Positions 37,249 to 47,639 of a DNA stretch of 64,000 nucleotides are shown one piece after another. The translations under genes and the position numbers were made by a program. How positions within the stretch are numbered: position 1 is the first letter of the stretch; each line of letters begins with the position of its first letter. The stretch is taken from the IMG/VR virus record IMGVR_UViG_3300042276_000119, positions 1 to 64,000 of that record. One strand, 5' to 3'. The notes beneath the pieces are model-generated. The model saw only the letters and a program-made list of their open reading frames with translations, did no database searches and was not told where the DNA came from. Origin of the DNA: a virus. Its lineage: Duplodnaviria; Caudoviricetes.

Positions 37249-39414
37249 TCACTGGCCGACGTGAATCACGTTCTGGGCCGCAAGCTGCTCAAATGGCCGA
37301 TGGGTGATCATAACACACTGCCCACCGATGCCCATCAGTGCGCCTGCCAGTTGCAGAGCATTCTGATCATTCATTGCTTCAGTCGGTTCGTCAAGTATCA
37401 GTAGGCCGGTGTTGCCGTACAACGCTGCAGACAGTCCCACTCGCATGGCCACGCCGATGTGACCTTTCTGGGCACCGCTGCAGTTTGCGATGGGTACCCA
37501 CTTTCCGTTTTCCTCAGCAACAAACCCGCCGTTCTCGTCTCTGGCGATACGTCGAATTGCACCGGCAGTGCTGATGGCCACCTTGGCGCTGGCAACGCCG
37601 AGAATCTGATCCCACACCTGCTTCAGGTACTCAGTGCGGGACTCGACCAGGAACTTTTCCAGGCGTTTGTGGCGGTCAAGGTCCTCGGCAGTTCGGCGCA
37701 GCTGATCCAGTTGTTGAGTAAGCTGTTCCAGCTTATTACCAACGCCAGCCAGCTCCACTGACAGAGTTCGCAGGTGGCCAGACAGTTCAACCTGCTGTGG
37801 GGCCAGCTTTGCGATCTTTGCCGCAGTGTCTTCACGCTGTTGCTCTACGTCCCGCAACTCTTGGCGCCGGGCATCCAGTACATCAGGTAGGCATCTTGGC
37901 CCACGCTCTGTGACCTGTACCGCCGTGTCTCGCAACTTGGTGCGAAGCTCATCTACTCGCTTGCTGAGTTTGGCGCGATTTCGAGCAAGCTGTTCGGCGC
38001 CGGCAATCCTGGCTTCCAACTCCGCAGCGGTACGCTCCATCTGCTCGGCCTGTGCGGTGGCGTCGGCAGGGTTGCCCACCTCCATCTGCTCTAATTCCTC
38101 CAGGCGCATCTGTGCAGCGTTGTACTCTGCTGCTTTCATGCCACTGAGGTAACGTCCGTATTTCTTCTCCAGACCTTGCAGTCGCTCCACTTCCCTCTCG
38201 GTCTCGACGCGAGCAGATTCAACCTCCTGCAGCTGGGTAACCGCCAGGTCGATCCGCCCCTGGATCTCTGCAGGGTTATGATCATCGAATGGGCGGTCAC
38301 ATGCACTGCACACACCGGCTTTCAGCTCCTGTTTCAGCTTGGCGATGTGTTTCTGCAGCGTTCTCACCTCCTGGTACGTATCTGCATCAGCCCTTAGAGC
38401 CTCCTTAATCTGCTCAGCCGGAGGAACCCTGCTGGCCAAAACCTCTTCCTCATCAGTGGCTTCGCGCAGCTTTGGCAACTGCTTCTCCAGCTCAGCTTTG
38501 CGGTCGAGTGTATTCTGCCACTGCTGGGCGAGCTTGCGGGCTTCCTTGGCGCCTTTCCGCATAGCCTCGGCATCGGATTCGTCTTGGCCTAGGTCAGGCA
38601 CCTCAGGCAACGCCGCCAAGTCTTCTTCTGCCGATTCGAGTGCAGTTTGATACTCCTGACCCTGGAACCTCAGGTTCTCAAGCTCCTGCTGCTCACGCTC
38701 CAGTGCGCTGATTCTCGACCGTAGTGAAGTCTCGGCCGCTTTCAGCTGGTCGTCGTCAGTGCGGTACGTGGCGAGGGTACGTGAGAGTGAGTCCAACTCC
38801 CCCTCTGACTTGGCGATCTCTTGCTCCAACTCTGCCTGGCGGGTTTGCAGCGGGGCGATCTCTGCCTTAACTGCCTCGGGGTCGGATGATGCCGCGCTGG
38901 CCTTCAAAACGCCCATCTGGTGACGAACGGCAACCAACACACTGTCGATTACCTCCGCCCCTGAAAACGCCTCTACGCGCTTCTGGAGGGCCGTAGCGCC
39001 GAATGTCAGTACGCCGGCTGTCTCGCCCTGCATAGACAGGATGAACAGCGCGAAGTCTTTGAAGGCCAGGCCCAACAGTTCTTCGATGAACTTGGTGCAG
39101 GTGGTGTTGCCGGAGGCTACGATGTTGCCGTCCAGCTCGACCGCGCCGTTCCTAAGGTCTCTGGTAATAGTGTAGACATCCTGATCGTGCTCGATCACCA
39201 TCTTGATCTTGAAGTTCTTCTGGCCCCATGTGGGGATGTCCTCTTTCTTGCCGGGGATCGCAGTGAGTCCGTACAGGCCGGTCACGACGGCATGGAGCAG
39301 GGTGGTCTTGCCGGCCCAGTTGTCACCGATAATAGTGTTTAGCCCGTCAGTGAAGTCGGCGCGGAAGTCGCGCAGCTTCTTGAAATTCTGTACTTCGATG
39401 CTGATGAGTTTCAT
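37249..39414 (-). CDS. sbcC: SbcC/Rad50-like ATPase
   Basis: GDNWAGKTT, Q-loop SMQGE, CSAC zinc hook, CSGAQK signature, LILDEPT, ITH. Confidence 0.92.
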   Translation of the reverse strand: MKLISIEVQNFKKLRDFRADFTDGLNTIIGDNWAGKTTLLHAVVTGLYGLTAIPGKKEDIPTWGQKNFKIKMVIEHDQDVYTITRDLRNGAVELDGNIVASGNTTCTKFIEELLGLAFKDFALFILSMQGETAGVLTFGATALQKRVEAFSGAEVIDSVLVAVRHQMGVLKASAASSDPEAVKAEIAPLQTRQAELEQEIAKSEGELDSLSRTLATYRTDDDQLKAAETSLRSRISALEREQQELENLRFQGQEYQTALESAEEDLAALPEVPDLGQDESDAEAMRKGAKEARKLAQQWQNTLDRKAELEKQLPKLREATDEEEVLASRVPPAEQIKEALRADADTYQEVRTLQKHIAKLKQELKAGVCSACDRPFDDHNPAEIQGRIDLAVTQLQEVESARVETEREVERLQGLEKKYGRYLSGMKAAEYNAAQMRLEELEQMEVGNPADATAQAEQMERTAAELEARIAGAEQLARNRAKLSKRVDELRTKLRDTAVQVTERGPRCLPDVLDARRQELRDVEQQREDTAAKIAKLAPQQVELSGHLRTLSVELAGVGNKLEQLTQQLDQLRRTAEDLDRHKRLEKFLVESRTEYLKQVWDQILGVASAKVAISTAGAIRRIARDENGGFVAEENGKWVPIANCSGAQKGHIGVAMRVGLSAALYGNTGLLILDEPTEAMNDQNALQLAGALMGIGGQCVMITHRPFEQLAAQNVIHVGQ

Positions 39415-39444
39415 GGTCTGGTCCTTTGGTCTTTTGGTCAGTCT

Positions 39445-39630
39445 TCAGGCTGATGTAGCTTTCCAGGTAATTGCCACTACCTCTCTCTGGACTCGTTCGT
39501 CCCCAATGCCTCGGGGTAGCTGTCTGGTTTCAAACTCCACTGATTCCAGATGAACATTGTGCTCTTTTTCTACCTGTTTAAACGCCGCTTCCAGGATTTT
39601 ATGGGTAGAGTTCGGCTCGCCTATGATCAT
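39445..39630 (-). CDS. Small hypothetical protein
   Basis: AAGGAG RBS before ATG 39630. Confidence 0.55.
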   Translation of the reverse strand: MIIGEPNSTHKILEAAFKQVEKEHNVHLESVEFETRQLPRGIGDERVQREVVAITWKATSA

Positions 39631-39646
39631 TTTTAGCTCCTTTTGG

Positions 39647-39916
39647 TCAGTCTTTGTCCGGTACGACATACGATTTGGTCACCGTCACTCTGCCGTGAGT
39701 TCGCTCGCCAAAAGCGTCTACCGGGGGCAAAGTGGGCGACAGCGTGAACTTCCTCAAAAACACTGCAAGTGGCCTGGCCCATACATTGCCGTCCACGTCC
39801 CGGTACACCACCTCGGTCTCCCAAGACTCTGCCTTTTCGTTGGCTACGCAGATGATCTTGTACAGTCTCCCGCTGTGGTGCTGCCAGACTTGGTTTGTGA
39901 TTGGGGTTTGCATCAC
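39647..39916 (-). CDS. DUF1653-like protein
   Basis: WQHHSGRLYKI..VA...VVYRD.DG.VWARPL..F..KF. Confidence 0.75.
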   Translation of the reverse strand: MMQTPITNQVWQHHSGRLYKIICVANEKAESWETEVVYRDVDGNVWARPLAVFLRKFTLSPTLPPVDAFGERTHGRVTVTKSYVVPDKD

Positions 39917-40164
39917 TGTACCTCCTGCTTCATCAGCATATACGGGCCCTTCCTACTGATAAACGCATTGAACTCTGTCCCAGATAACCCTCCTTGGACT
40001 TTAGTAGTGTGCAACAGTAGCGCCTTGGCCAACTTGTACCCTGCCTCAAAATCCATCTCGAAGTGCTCCTCGAACCGCGAGGGGAGGTAGTCGTCGTCCT
40101 CCCGTTGTTCATCGGTGATGTCCAGAATCTCTGCTACCAACTCTTCAAAATCGAAAATGTCCAT
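39913..40164 (-). CDS. Hypothetical protein
   Basis: GGAGG RBS; TGATG coupling at 40164. Confidence 0.6.
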   Translation of the reverse strand: MDIFDFEELVAEILDITDEQREDDDYLPSRFEEHFEMDFEAGYKLAKALLLHTTKVQGGLSGTEFNAFISRKGPYMLMKQEVQ

Positions 40165-41213
40165 CACTGTACCTCCGCCCGATAATGGTTCCACAATTCG
40201 CCCAAGTCAGACCCAGACAAATCCGAACTGATCTGCGCCTCAAGATCGTGAATCTTGCCGCCCTCACTGGCCTCTGACACCAGAATGTCGGTGGTATAGC
40301 CAACTCGGTTGCGTACCATCAACCTGCCCATGGCATCGAACCAGCGGGTCACATACTCTGCCAGCTCTGGGCCGTGTTCCGGGGCTATGGTGCCGACTAG
40401 ATCGACGAACTCACTGTGGATGTTTGGCGTTGGCCACTCTGAAGGTTCGCCTGAAATTTCGATCTCGGCGTAGCCCATGTGGGCGTCCCAGATCAGGTGT
40501 TTCTCCAGCTTGCCGTGAGTGTAGGTCCACAGGTACTTGTCGCTGATGTCGCCCATGCTGGTGGGGTAAGTGTTGCCAAGGTTCACGAACCGGCCACCCA
40601 AGTGGGTTGAGTGGGCATGTTCGTGTCCGTTCAGAATGTATTCGTACCCGGCATCCAAAAGCTGTTGTGCCTGCTCACGGGTGATGTTCAAACTGGCATC
40701 GTCGTGTGTGGCACGTTCACTGTCGAAGTTGCAGTGGGTGATGACCAGCCCACCTATCGGGTTGTTGAGCGCAGCCTGGATAGCTTCGTCGAACAGCTGC
40801 TGCGTGGCGTGGTGAGGGATCAACGTGATATTGGTGCCACACTTGGCAGCGCCTTGCTCGATGCGAACACCTCCGACCGGTGGGATCACAACGGTACCGT
40901 CACATCCGCTCAACTCGTCCAGCAACTGCACTGTGCTGACCTTGTTGGCTCGGTTGGGTAGGTCGTGGTTGCCGGCGAGGATCACATCGCATTTACGCAT
41001 AACCTGCAGTCCTTGCAGGATCGCGGCTTCGTCGTTGGTGTCCTTGTCGAACAGGTCTCCGGCGATAATTTTGGTCACCCCGGGCCCGTTGTACGTGCTC
41101 AAGTTGTTGTCGAGCTGCTTGAACAACGTCTGTTTCAGGTGCTGCCGGCTGGCCACAGTTGTGTTTGCACCTCGGTTCGTGCCGAGGTGCGGGTCACTCA
41201 TTATGACGATCAT
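40164..41213 (-). CDS. sbcD: SbcD/Mre11-like metallophosphoesterase nuclease
   Basis: SDPHLG, AGDLFD, AGNHD, NGHEH; start 41213 follows the ACCA leader motif. Confidence 0.92.
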   Translation of the reverse strand: MIVIMSDPHLGTNRGANTTVASRQHLKQTLFKQLDNNLSTYNGPGVTKIIAGDLFDKDTNDEAAILQGLQVMRKCDVILAGNHDLPNRANKVSTVQLLDELSGCDGTVVIPPVGGVRIEQGAAKCGTNITLIPHHATQQLFDEAIQAALNNPIGGLVITHCNFDSERATHDDASLNITREQAQQLLDAGYEYILNGHEHAHSTHLGGRFVNLGNTYPTSMGDISDKYLWTYTHGKLEKHLIWDAHMGYAEIEISGEPSEWPTPNIHSEFVDLVGTIAPEHGPELAEYVTRWFDAMGRLMVRNRVGYTTDILVSEASEGGKIHDLEAQISSDLSGSDLGELWNHYRAEVQ

Positions 41214-41260
41214 GGTCTGGTCCTTTGGTCTTTTGGTTAGGGGCCAGAGGCCCCATGGTT

Positions 41261-41491
41261 TCACTGCACCTGCATAATCAGGTCCAGAGGGCGATCTTCC
41301 GCCATTCGCAGAGCCTCGTTCCGAGTCTCATATGTGCCAGGCAGTTTATGGTAATCCAAACTTCCGTTGTCCTTTGGGTACACCAAGGTGATTCCGAACT
41401 CCTTGCCGACCCGATCGACCAGAAAAACGACATCCATTTTATCGGCCAGTCTGATTGATCGGCAGAAATCATAATTCGGGGTACTACTCAC
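41261..41491 (-). CDS. Hypothetical protein
   Basis: AGGAGG RBS; GTGA overlap. Confidence 0.55.
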   Translation of the reverse strand: MSSTPNYDFCRSIRLADKMDVVFLVDRVGKEFGITLVYPKDNGSLDYHKLPGTYETRNEALRMAEDRPLDLIMQVQ

Positions 41492-41778
41492 GTTGCATTC
41501 CTCCTGAATGAATCAAAGTCATCGAACGCTTTGTCAACGTCGGCCAGGTTAATAACCCCGGTAAGGCTGATAACCTGAGTGCAGGTTCCAGAACCTCTGC
41601 GATGGGGGAACCAATAGGCATCGCAATGGCAAAGTGTCGTCTTGTGCTCTTTTCTCAATCTGTAGCTGTCAACGGAGTATTCACCGCCACAGCTACAGCG
41701 TTTTGGCACCTTGTAATCTGCGGGGTGCCGTTTAAAACTTCTCCGGCCCCTGCAGCGTTTGCAGCGGCATGGGTACAT
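41488..41778 (-). CDS. Small Cys-rich Zn-binding protein
   Basis: CRCKRC, CSCGG, CHCDAYWFPHRRGS..C. Confidence 0.7.
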   Translation of the reverse strand: MYPCRCKRCRGRRSFKRHPADYKVPKRCSCGGEYSVDSYRLRKEHKTTLCHCDAYWFPHRRGSGTCTQVISLTGVINLADVDKAFDDFDSFRRNAT

Positions 41779-41817
41779 ATCAAAGGTCCTCTCGGAATCT
41801 TAGATGTCCTCGGAATC

Positions 41818-42987
41818 CTAGACATCCTCTCGCAATCCGAGGGCTACTGGCTGCAGCGGTATGCCGTCATCAGATAACGCGAAGAACTTGATCGTAGCGA
41901 TCTTGCCGATCACGTCATCGCGCCGCTGCCACCAGCGGTCTTTCTCGTACATGTCGCCAGGCGCAGTGGCCTCAAACTGCTCGAAGTTGTCCGCAACCAA
42001 TTGCCACACAGCTACCTCAAGCCATCTGTCTTCAGCTGCCAAGTAGCGTGGACTGCCCTTGGTGACGCCGACGATTGTGAACTCAGCATCCTGGTAGTCT
42101 TTGAGCTTCAACAGGTTGCGGCTGCGCTTATCATCTTCGTACCCGGCTGTACCGTGACGAAGGATGGCCCCTTCATAACCTGCCGCAACTGCTTGGGCTT
42201 GAAGCTGTTGAGCTTCTGCGACACTGGTTATTTTTACAGTATTTAACAACCGTATGAACGATCCGTCAATATCTTCTGATGAAAGATAATCCTTCAGCAT
42301 CTCCAAGCGGTGTTCATACGCCATGTCCTTCACGCAGTCGTAGACGTGGTACACCAGCTGTGTGGACTCTTCACGAGGCCGTTTGACCAACGATCCAATC
42401 TGCTGCAGGGGTGTACCGTGGCAGTAGAGTTCTCCGTCAAGGTGCAACGAGTAGCCAAGTTTGTTTTCCAGCGCCTCAAGCTGGTCTTTAATGTGAGGCA
42501 GGTTGATCTCCTTGCCTTGACGGCTGTAGAGAACTCCGTCCTTGTACATCGCCCGGTGGCCGTCCAGCTTGTACTGGCCGAAACAGTTCGCCCAGTCGAT
42601 GCTCTCAGGCTTCACCTTGCTCCACACGGTAGCCAGCATGGGCTTGGCCAGGCCCAGGGAGTTGGTGGCCTGGGCGCCTGCCTCAGGCATGACCAGGGTG
42701 TACCCCTTGTCTTCCTGCTTGCGAATGCGGCTGGCCATTTCGGACATCGCCTGTTCCCAGGGAGTCGTCTCGTTGGCCCGGCCAATGTTCTTGCCTTTCA
42801 CTGGCACACGGCTACCCGTCGCCTTGCCATCCAGGGTCTTGGCGTGGCTGATCACCAGGTATGCCTCGTCGCCACCATCTGGCATCTCGACGTTGATGTT
42901 CCAGTAGCCCACGCTGTTGGCGTGGGACTTGTACAGGGTCGTCTGTTCGCTGGCGTTCACCAGCTGAGTCATGGTCTGTGCGGTCAT
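41818..42987 (-). CDS. ATP-dependent DNA ligase
   Basis: KLDGHR, LDGELY, VYD, YEGAILR, LLKLK; WGR-like N-terminal extension. Confidence 0.92.
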   Translation of the reverse strand: MTAQTMTQLVNASEQTTLYKSHANSVGYWNINVEMPDGGDEAYLVISHAKTLDGKATGSRVPVKGKNIGRANETTPWEQAMSEMASRIRKQEDKGYTLVMPEAGAQATNSLGLAKPMLATVWSKVKPESIDWANCFGQYKLDGHRAMYKDGVLYSRQGKEINLPHIKDQLEALENKLGYSLHLDGELYCHGTPLQQIGSLVKRPREESTQLVYHVYDCVKDMAYEHRLEMLKDYLSSEDIDGSFIRLLNTVKITSVAEAQQLQAQAVAAGYEGAILRHGTAGYEDDKRSRNLLKLKDYQDAEFTIVGVTKGSPRYLAAEDRWLEVAVWQLVADNFEQFEATAPGDMYEKDRWWQRRDDVIGKIATIKFFALSDDGIPLQPVALGLREDV

Positions 42988-43451
42988 GTGGTCAGTATCT
43001 CTAACATCTTTTGGTCAAGTTGGTCCCAGGGGAATTCGTCTATAAGGCCGGACTTCGGCAGTGGTGTGCCTTGGGCACGACACACTGCAAGAGTCATACC
43101 GTCCCACACCTCTATCATGTTTCGGGGCTCCGAATAGAACCAGAAGGTGTAGTGTTCACCGAGGTCACACCACTTCCGTGCAAAGGCACACTGCTGGTCT
43201 CGCACCATCTGAAAGCAGTTACGCAGTGAGTTGTGTTTCTCGCTGGCCTTCACTTCCACAAAATGTGTGTGCGAGAACGGAGTTGCCTTCACCATGAAAT
43301 CCGAGGGTTGAGCCCGGACGAACCTGGCGGCTTGGCGGGTGTCCACAAATTCGTGAACGAGCCCACACGATTCAAAGTGTTTTCGGAGCCGGTCCCAGGA
43401 CTCTGCCTGGAACCAGTCGCCTATGTTGTTCTTTGCCATACGTCCTCCCAA
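42984..43451 (-). CDS. PD-(D/E)xK nuclease, probable Holliday junction resolvase
   Basis: PSDF...FVEVKAS; between polymerase and ligase. Confidence 0.7.
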   Translation of the reverse strand: MGGRMAKNNIGDWFQAESWDRLRKHFESCGLVHEFVDTRQAARFVRAQPSDFMVKATPFSHTHFVEVKASEKHNSLRNCFQMVRDQQCAFARKWCDLGEHYTFWFYSEPRNMIEVWDGMTLAVCRAQGTPLPKSGLIDEFPWDQLDQKMLEILTT

Positions 43452-43461
43452 AGGAGCGGCG

Positions 43462-46400
43462 TTAAGCCGCTCTATTTGTAGCCCGCTCCCACAGGTGCAG
43501 GCGCTGCTGGTTTTCTTCCCAGGCCGCTCGTGCCGCCTGTTCGATCACCTCACGTTCCGGCAGTCGTCCCAGCTCTTTCACCTTGCCCCAATCAGGGCCG
43601 ACGGAGAACTCAGGCACCTGCGGCACCACATGCCCCGGAGGAGTGGCCTCGGACATCAGCTCGTTCATCTCAACGCAGTAGTCCCACACGTCATCAACGT
43701 GAACCCAGGACACTACCTCGTCGTAGATCGGAGCGAAGAACACCATCCGCAGGCGCTGGATCAAGCCACGCTGCCAGATGCCGGTCAGGACTTTCTTCAG
43801 CATGTCTGCAGCGGTGCCCTGGATTTCAAAGTTCGCACCCTGACGTTCCATACGACTGCGCTTGCCGGCTTCCTTGCTGAAGATGTCATCCGTCATGTGG
43901 CGGCGGGTGCCAAACGTTGTCTGGGTGAAACCGTAGGCACGGGCAAAGTCAGCAGAGCGTTCCTGCCAGATGCCGATGCCGGGGTAGGTGGCGTGGGCGG
44001 CTGACAGCAGTTGTTCTGCTTCTTCGACCGGCACTGTCAGGTTTCGAGACAGGGTTTCGGCCCCGGCACCGTATGACAGGCCGAAGTTTGTACCCTTTGC
44101 CTTCTTGCCACGCACCTTGCTGTAGTCCTTGTGATTAGCGTGACCTTCATCGTTGTAGGCTTCGATGAAGGTCTCGTAATCCACGCCGATGATCCCTGAT
44201 GCGGTCATGCCGTGCAGGTCTTTCTCATCTTCAGTGCGGTGGTAGTACGTGCCGTGCTCAGTGCGGGTGACCCCATACACTGACAGCAGGTTGGTATCCA
44301 TCGTCTGGCAGGCCATGATGCGAAGCTCCTGGCCAGAGTAGTCGATAGGCACTGCCACGTAGTCAGGGTGCGGCGGCAGGAACAGGCTTCGCATACGAAG
44401 TCCACTGTCACGCCGAGTTTCGCCCTTCGACACCTGTAGGATGTTCGGCGCACCTCCGGCAGGGCGGCGGGTCACCGTTCCGCAGTTGCGGACAGACGGA
44501 TGAATACGGCCGTCTGTCGGTCGGACCCAGTTCGGGTACGGCTTGTGGTACAGGCCGAGACGGGTGAGTGCCGCTTTCGCTTCAAGGACCAGGTTCAACA
44601 CCTCTGCCTTCCACTCGTGCTCGCCTTCGCAGTCGTTTGCCAAGGCCATCTTGATCACCTTGTCATCGGTGCCGGGGGAGCCTTCAAGCCCGAGGTTCAT
44701 GCGCGAGGACCCTACCTGAGGCTTGGTCCGCAGTCGTAACGGCAGAGCCAGCTTGCAGTACAGTAGTTCCTGCATCTGGTTTGGTGAGTTAAGCGACAGC
44801 TCATCGCCGTACTCCGAGATTTTCGGCTCGAAGAACTGTGCACAAAACTCGCACAATTGTTCGTAGGCTTCACCCTCGCGCTTGTTCAGCAGTTTTGAAG
44901 AGGCGCCCAGGAGCGTGACGAACTTCTGCTGCTGGGGCGTCAGCATCATCACTTCTTCGGTTTCAAAATCAACGCTGTGCTTGGCCAGCCACTCGGATAC
45001 AGCAGCCTGTGTGACTTTCTCAAGAGGGTCCATGCCAAGGGCATTGGTGACTCTCTCAAACTGCTTCACCGTAGGGGTGAACACCGGAGGAATCTCATCA
45101 CGGCCATAGGGGACATAAGGCACTGCCGCCTGCAGCTTGGTCTCCCAACGCTGCAACGCTGCGTCTGTCTGCTGACGAATCCAGACAGCCTGCTCGGTGT
45201 CCATGTTCTTGCCAGCCTCAGCCTGCTTCTTGTACTTCGATCTGAGGAGCTTTTTCTGGATCGGCTTCTCTGCCTCGATCAAACCCTCGACGCCGCTGTA
45301 GTCAAGCTGTGGGCCGTCCAGGCAGTGTTCTGAAAGGATCGCCCGAATCTTCTCGATAGCTTCCTGTGAGACGCGCTCGTCGTCTTCGCGGATACGGGAC
45401 ATCAGTTCAGTGTCCATCACCACCCCTTCCATGAACGCCTGCATCAACACGTTGGCTGTGTACAGCTCATTCTCTTCGTAGAAGTCGATGGTGCCTTCCA
45501 GCTGCAGGACCATGTGCATGAAATCGAACAGGTAGGCAGTGACAACGCCATCGTCCACGCCGTAGCTGAACACCTGCTCAGGTGTCAGTTCGGACATGTT
45601 GCTGACGCCGGCCGCTGCCAGGGTGTCCATGTAGCTGACTTGATCGTAGTTCAGGATCGACTTACTCAGGTACTTGAGGCCGGAGCGGCTGTTCTCGTCC
45701 ACGTAGCTGGACATGATGTTGGTGTCGTACAGGCCTTCCAGCTCGATACCCGCATTGGTCTTGGTCACCGTCATCTCAAACATGGCGTTGTGGGCAACGA
45801 GAGGTTTGTTCTCGTAGGCGAACATTACCAAGTCGATCAGGGTTTCGAGTGGTAGGTTGTGATCGCTCTTGTGACCCACGCTGACGTAGACAGAGGATTC
45901 AAGGTTCTGACCGAACGTCAGGACGCCACCCGTGATTTTCTGGCTGAGCACGTCCACGTAATCAGGGTCGTTCAGTCGGTAGCACTCAAACTGCTGGTCA
46001 TCCCAGGATTCATAGTCGAACGTGACGAAGGGCGATTTCAGAATTTCGTTCTTGATCGCTGCAATGAATCCGGGGTCGTATTCCTTCTGCGTGAGCAGGT
46101 ATGCCACGGGGAGGAACGGTTCAAACACGCTGAACAGGTCCTGGCAGTTGGCCGAGGCCAGTAGCTCCTGTACTTTTACCCGGTCGGCAACCCGGCGAGT
46201 CCACAACATCTTCGGCAGTTTCTTGCCGGCCGGCTTCCAGCACAGTTCTGGGTGCAGCTTGGCAACCTGCCACTGACGGCGGAACTCGTCCCAGTTGTTG
46301 ACCAACAGCTGCAGGGATTTGAGGCCGGTCAGCTCCAGCGCTTGCTGGATAGGCTCGATGTCCTTGGCCTCCACTGCCGCTTCGATCTCCTTGATACCGT

Positions 46401-47076
46401 CATACCCAACAGCGTTTACCAGCTCGTCCCACTTGGCAGGGCCGAAGCCTGGGACGCCTTTGTAGCCATCAGACGTGTCGCCCAGCATGGCTTTGCTGAT
46501 CGAGATGCAATTCTCTGCAGAGTTGAGCGGGAAGGTGTCTTTGTACCAGTCGTCGTCGGTGAAGCAGTCTTCTTTCAGGTTGACGATGGTGTCTTCGTTC
46601 ACAAGGGCCAGCAGGTCGGAGTCTACGGTGCGGACCTGCTTGATGCCCTTGAGGTTTCCGCACAGGTAGGCAATCACGTCGTCGGCTTCAACACCGTCCG
46701 CACCCACCTGCATGACGCCCAGGCGCTTGTACAGCTCGACCAGCAGCTTGTGCATACGCTCCATCTGCTCGTCTTCAATCTCGCAACGCTCCCGCTCGCC
46801 ACGCTTCTGCTTGTATTCAGGCAGCAGGTTCTGGCGGTATTTGATGCCCATGTCGTGGGCCACGATGATCTGTCGGGGAGCGTACTCGGCCAGCGCCGGC
46901 TCCAGATACCGTTCAATGAACTTGGCAAAGGTAAATTCTGCGGTAGGCACTACCTTGTCGCGGACGGCTGAGAAGATACCCTCCTGGTCGCCACCGGCAT
47001 GGTAGATGTGTTTGTAGCAGGCTTTATGGTCAAGGATCAGCCAGGACTCTGGCTTGTAGAGTGGTTGCTTACGCAT
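43462..47076 (-). CDS. polA: Family A DNA polymerase with 5'-3' and 3'-5' exonuclease domains
   Basis: EADDVI, DSDL, GDTSDGYKGVPGFG (5' nuclease); DYES, AHNAMFE, YGVDD (proofreading); DYSGQELR, R..AKGTNFGLSYG, YDE (polymerase motifs A/B/C). Confidence 0.95.
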   Translation of the reverse strand: MRKQPLYKPESWLILDHKACYKHIYHAGGDQEGIFSAVRDKVVPTAEFTFAKFIERYLEPALAEYAPRQIIVAHDMGIKYRQNLLPEYKQKRGERERCEIEDEQMERMHKLLVELYKRLGVMQVGADGVEADDVIAYLCGNLKGIKQVRTVDSDLLALVNEDTIVNLKEDCFTDDDWYKDTFPLNSAENCISISKAMLGDTSDGYKGVPGFGPAKWDELVNAVGYDGIKEIEAAVEAKDIEPIQQALELTGLKSLQLLVNNWDEFRRQWQVAKLHPELCWKPAGKKLPKMLWTRRVADRVKVQELLASANCQDLFSVFEPFLPVAYLLTQKEYDPGFIAAIKNEILKSPFVTFDYESWDDQQFECYRLNDPDYVDVLSQKITGGVLTFGQNLESSVYVSVGHKSDHNLPLETLIDLVMFAYENKPLVAHNAMFEMTVTKTNAGIELEGLYDTNIMSSYVDENSRSGLKYLSKSILNYDQVSYMDTLAAAGVSNMSELTPEQVFSYGVDDGVVTAYLFDFMHMVLQLEGTIDFYEENELYTANVLMQAFMEGVVMDTELMSRIREDDERVSQEAIEKIRAILSEHCLDGPQLDYSGVEGLIEAEKPIQKKLLRSKYKKQAEAGKNMDTEQAVWIRQQTDAALQRWETKLQAAVPYVPYGRDEIPPVFTPTVKQFERVTNALGMDPLEKVTQAAVSEWLAKHSVDFETEEVMMLTPQQQKFVTLLGASSKLLNKREGEAYEQLCEFCAQFFEPKISEYGDELSLNSPNQMQELLYCKLALPLRLRTKPQVGSSRMNLGLEGSPGTDDKVIKMALANDCEGEHEWKAEVLNLVLEAKAALTRLGLYHKPYPNWVRPTDGRIHPSVRNCGTVTRRPAGGAPNILQVSKGETRRDSGLRMRSLFLPPHPDYVAVPIDYSGQELRIMACQTMDTNLLSVYGVTRTEHGTYYHRTEDEKDLHGMTASGIIGVDYETFIEAYNDEGHANHKDYSKVRGKKAKGTNFGLSYGAGAETLSRNLTVPVEEAEQLLSAAHATYPGIGIWQERSADFARAYGFTQTTFGTRRHMTDDIFSKEAGKRSRMERQGANFEIQGTAADMLKKVLTGIWQRGLIQRLRMVFFAPIYDEVVSWVHVDDVWDYCVEMNELMSEATPPGHVVPQVPEFSVGPDWGKVKELGRLPEREVIEQAARAAWEENQQRLHLWERATNRAA

Positions 47077-47107
47077 TGGTCTATCCCTTTATGGGTTGGT
47101 CTTTTGG

Positions 47108-47539
47108 TCAGTCGCAGCTGGAAGAGCTGCTTGAAGAACTTGAACTGCTGGAGGCGCAGGAACTTGAGGAATGGCTCGAACTGCCCGATACGCTGCTGAT
47201 TGCCAGGCCACCGTCAGAGAAACTACTGATTGAAGCATTGTGATTAGTGTCAGTGGCTACTCTGACTGGCCGGGCAGGTTGCTTGTATCGGGTCGCAGTG
47301 TGTTTCGCTGAAGCGGGCTTATCTGTCTTGGCTACGGCTTGTAGGCTTCGAGTTCGGCGGATAGTATCTGCCTCAGCTCGGAACCACTTCAGGTCGGAAG
47401 TAAGGGCTTCAATTCTGAGCCTGGCATCTACCAGTTTATTTCGAGCGTCAGCGGCTATCCCGCTGAGTACGAGGGTTGTCACACCGAGCACACACACTGC
47501 AGCTGTGCCAAGGTCAATTCCTGTGTTCGGGTCTGTCAT
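47108..47539 (-). CDS. Membrane-anchored protein with Ser-rich tail
   Basis: N-terminal TM, coiled coil, poly-Ser ending SCD; ACCA leader upstream. Confidence 0.7.
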   Translation of the reverse strand: MTDPNTGIDLGTAAVCVLGVTTLVLSGIAADARNKLVDARLRIEALTSDLKWFRAEADTIRRTRSLQAVAKTDKPASAKHTATRYKQPARPVRVATDTNHNASISSFSDGGLAISSVSGSSSHSSSSCASSSSSSSSSSSSCD

Positions 47540-47563
47540 TGGTCTGGTCCTTTGGTCTTTTGG

Positions 47564-47638
47564 TGGTGGCCCCGAGGAGAATCAAACTCCAGTCGTCTCG
47601 GTTATGAGCCAAGCTGCTTTATCATAAGCTACAGGGCC
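47564..47638 (-). tRNA. tRNA with CAT anticodon (Ile2-like or Met), atypical
   Basis: GGCCCTG/CGGGGCC acceptor, loop CTCATAA, encoded CCA; short D-loop, T-loop TTTGATT. Confidence 0.8.
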
Positions 47639-47639
47639 T

